Part shown: piece after piece, positions 63,114 to 64,000 of the stretch
Layout: each line of letters starts with the position of its first letter
How positions within the stretch are numbered: the stretch's first letter is position 1
NCBI GenBank assembly: GCA_018829775.1
Contig: JAHJTL010000097.1
Coordinates: 15,658-79,657, forward strand
DNA length: 64,000 bases
From: Chloroflexota bacterium
GTDB lineage: Bacteria; Chloroflexota; Dehalococcoidia; Dehalococcoidales; RBG-16-60-22
Direction of reading: 5' to 3'
Program-made: the position numbers and the translations under genes
Notes under the pieces: model-generated
Seen by the model: only the letters and a program-made list of their open reading frames with translations
What the model was told of the DNA's origin: nothing
The model's database searches: none

Positions 63114-64000
63114 GTGCAGATTCCTTGGCGATTAACCGACAAGGTTTTCTATGGCTGGGTGGTGGTGGCCGTTTTTCTGGTGATTGGCATCACGCTCTAC
63201 GGCATACATTTCTCTTTCGGCGTGTTTTTCAAGTCGATTGAGGCTGAATTCAACCTTACCCGGACGGCAACCTCAACCATACTTTCGGCCAACTTATTGC
63301 TGGCTGGTTTCTTCTCTTTCTTTTTCGGCTGGGCTCTGGACCGTTATGAACCGCGACGTGTTGTCCTGCTCATGGCGGTCTTTACCGGCCTGAGTCTGGT
63401 GCTGACCAGCCAGACCAATGCCCTCTGGCAGCTATTTATCACCTACAGCCTGTTGCTGGCCATGGGCACCGGGCCTCTCTTCGTTGTGCCGATGTCGGCC
63501 GTCTCTCGATGGTTTGATAAAAAGAGGGGGCTGGCGCTGGGTCTCTCCAGCATGGGAATAGGGCTGGGGACAATGGTCATGGCACCGTTTGCCACCTATC
63601 TCATCACCAATTACAACTGGCATACCGCCTATCTGGTGATAGGGCTGATTTCCTGGGTAATAGCGATACCACTAACACGGTTATTGAAGAGAGACCCGCG
63701 TGAGATCGGCGCTCTGCCCGACGGGGCTAAAATAGGCGATGCAGGGCCACCGCCTGAAACAGAGACTTCGCCGCCGGCTCAGCACCCTTTCCTGTCCATC
63801 GTTCAGAATCGTAATTTCTGGGTTTTCGCGTCTATTTGGTTTCTATTTGCTGCCGGTCTATTTCTTATAGTTACCCACCTTGTTCCCCACGTCACTGACA
63901 TCGGCTTTTCATCAATAGAGGCGGCCACCGTGCTCAGCCTCCTCGGCTTCGCTTCCATCCCGGGCCGATTATTAATGGGCATCGCTTCCGATAGGATAGG
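63114..64000 (+). CDS. MFS transporter (oxalate/formate antiporter-like), 3' end cut by the window edge
   Basis: Not in the ORF track because no stop occurs before the window end. GTG 63114 follows AAGGAG. Translation VQIPWRLTDKVFYGWVVVAVF... has multiple TM helices and GWALDRYEPRRV (MFS motif A-like). Confidence 0.75.
   Translation, partial: MQIPWRLTDKVFYGWVVVAVFLVIGITLYGIHFSFGVFFKSIEAEFNLTRTATSTILSANLLLAGFFSFFFGWALDRYEPRRVVLLMAVFTGLSLVLTSQTNALWQLFITYSLLLAMGTGPLFVVPMSAVSRWFDKKRGLALGLSSMGIGLGTMVMAPFATYLITNYNWHTAYLVIGLISWVIAIPLTRLLKRDPREIGALPDGAKIGDAGPPPETETSPPAQHPFLSIVQNRNFWVFASIWFLFAAGLFLIVTHLVPHVTDIGFSSIEAATVLSLLGFASIPGRLLMGIASDRI

Noticed and set aside
1-64000. Window-wide look for CRISPR arrays, tRNA/rRNA genes, transposases/integrases, long direct repeats and prophage genes
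   Set aside because: None was recognised by eye. The only exact repeat of note is the 20-nt promoter element reported above. A computational repeat, tRNAscan or Infernal pass could still reveal small elements I missed.

Overview
Chromosomal, mostly housekeeping window from a moderately GC-rich bacterium. I saw no rRNA, tRNA, CRISPR array, transposase or integrase. Gene content hints at a Chloroflexota/Dehalococcoidia-like organism, but that is inference only. From left to right: (1) a translationally coupled five-gene phosphorelay operon (PAS histidine kinase, tandem-receiver protein, receiver-PAS-kinase hybrid, single receiver, OmpR-type regulator). (2) A Crp/Fnr regulator, small ferredoxin, small Zn-ribbon protein, cNMP-binding-only protein and a short RdhA/QueG-like Fe-S protein; the last two share a duplicated promoter element resembling a sigma-54 -24/-12 promoter. 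(3) dxr-rseP-ispG, an AT-rich inserted membrane-protein gene, proS and an AbfD-like dehydratase. (4) The classical thrS-infC-rpmI-rplT-pheS-pheT block. (5) Transporters, ribE-ribBA-ribH and arsR-ACR3. (6) pcrA and mutL, both apparently leaderless or nearly so. (7) pyrE, lepB, comEC and comEA. (8) A 2-TM channel with a non-canonical selectivity filter, plus USP and two RCK/TrkA proteins. (9) An AT-rich islet with an HTH gene, then def and priA. (10) rplS with a roughly 120-aa acidic tail, trmD and mog. (11) A minimal division cluster, mraZ-rsmH-small ORF-ftsA-ftsZ, with no mur/ftsW/ftsI genes. (12) rsmD, coaD, ferredoxin, cvpA, a MacAB-like efflux set with a GbsR/MarR regulator, proC and leuS. 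(13) A 46-aa Zn-ribbon gene missing from the ORF track, a methyltransferase and a 3'-truncated MFS transporter. I found no clearly novel multi-gene system. The best leads are the duplicated promoter in front of the redox module, the channel/RCK cluster, the stripped-down dcw cluster, the AT-rich inserts and the L19 tail. The many long antisense ORFs look like GC-driven shadow ORFs.
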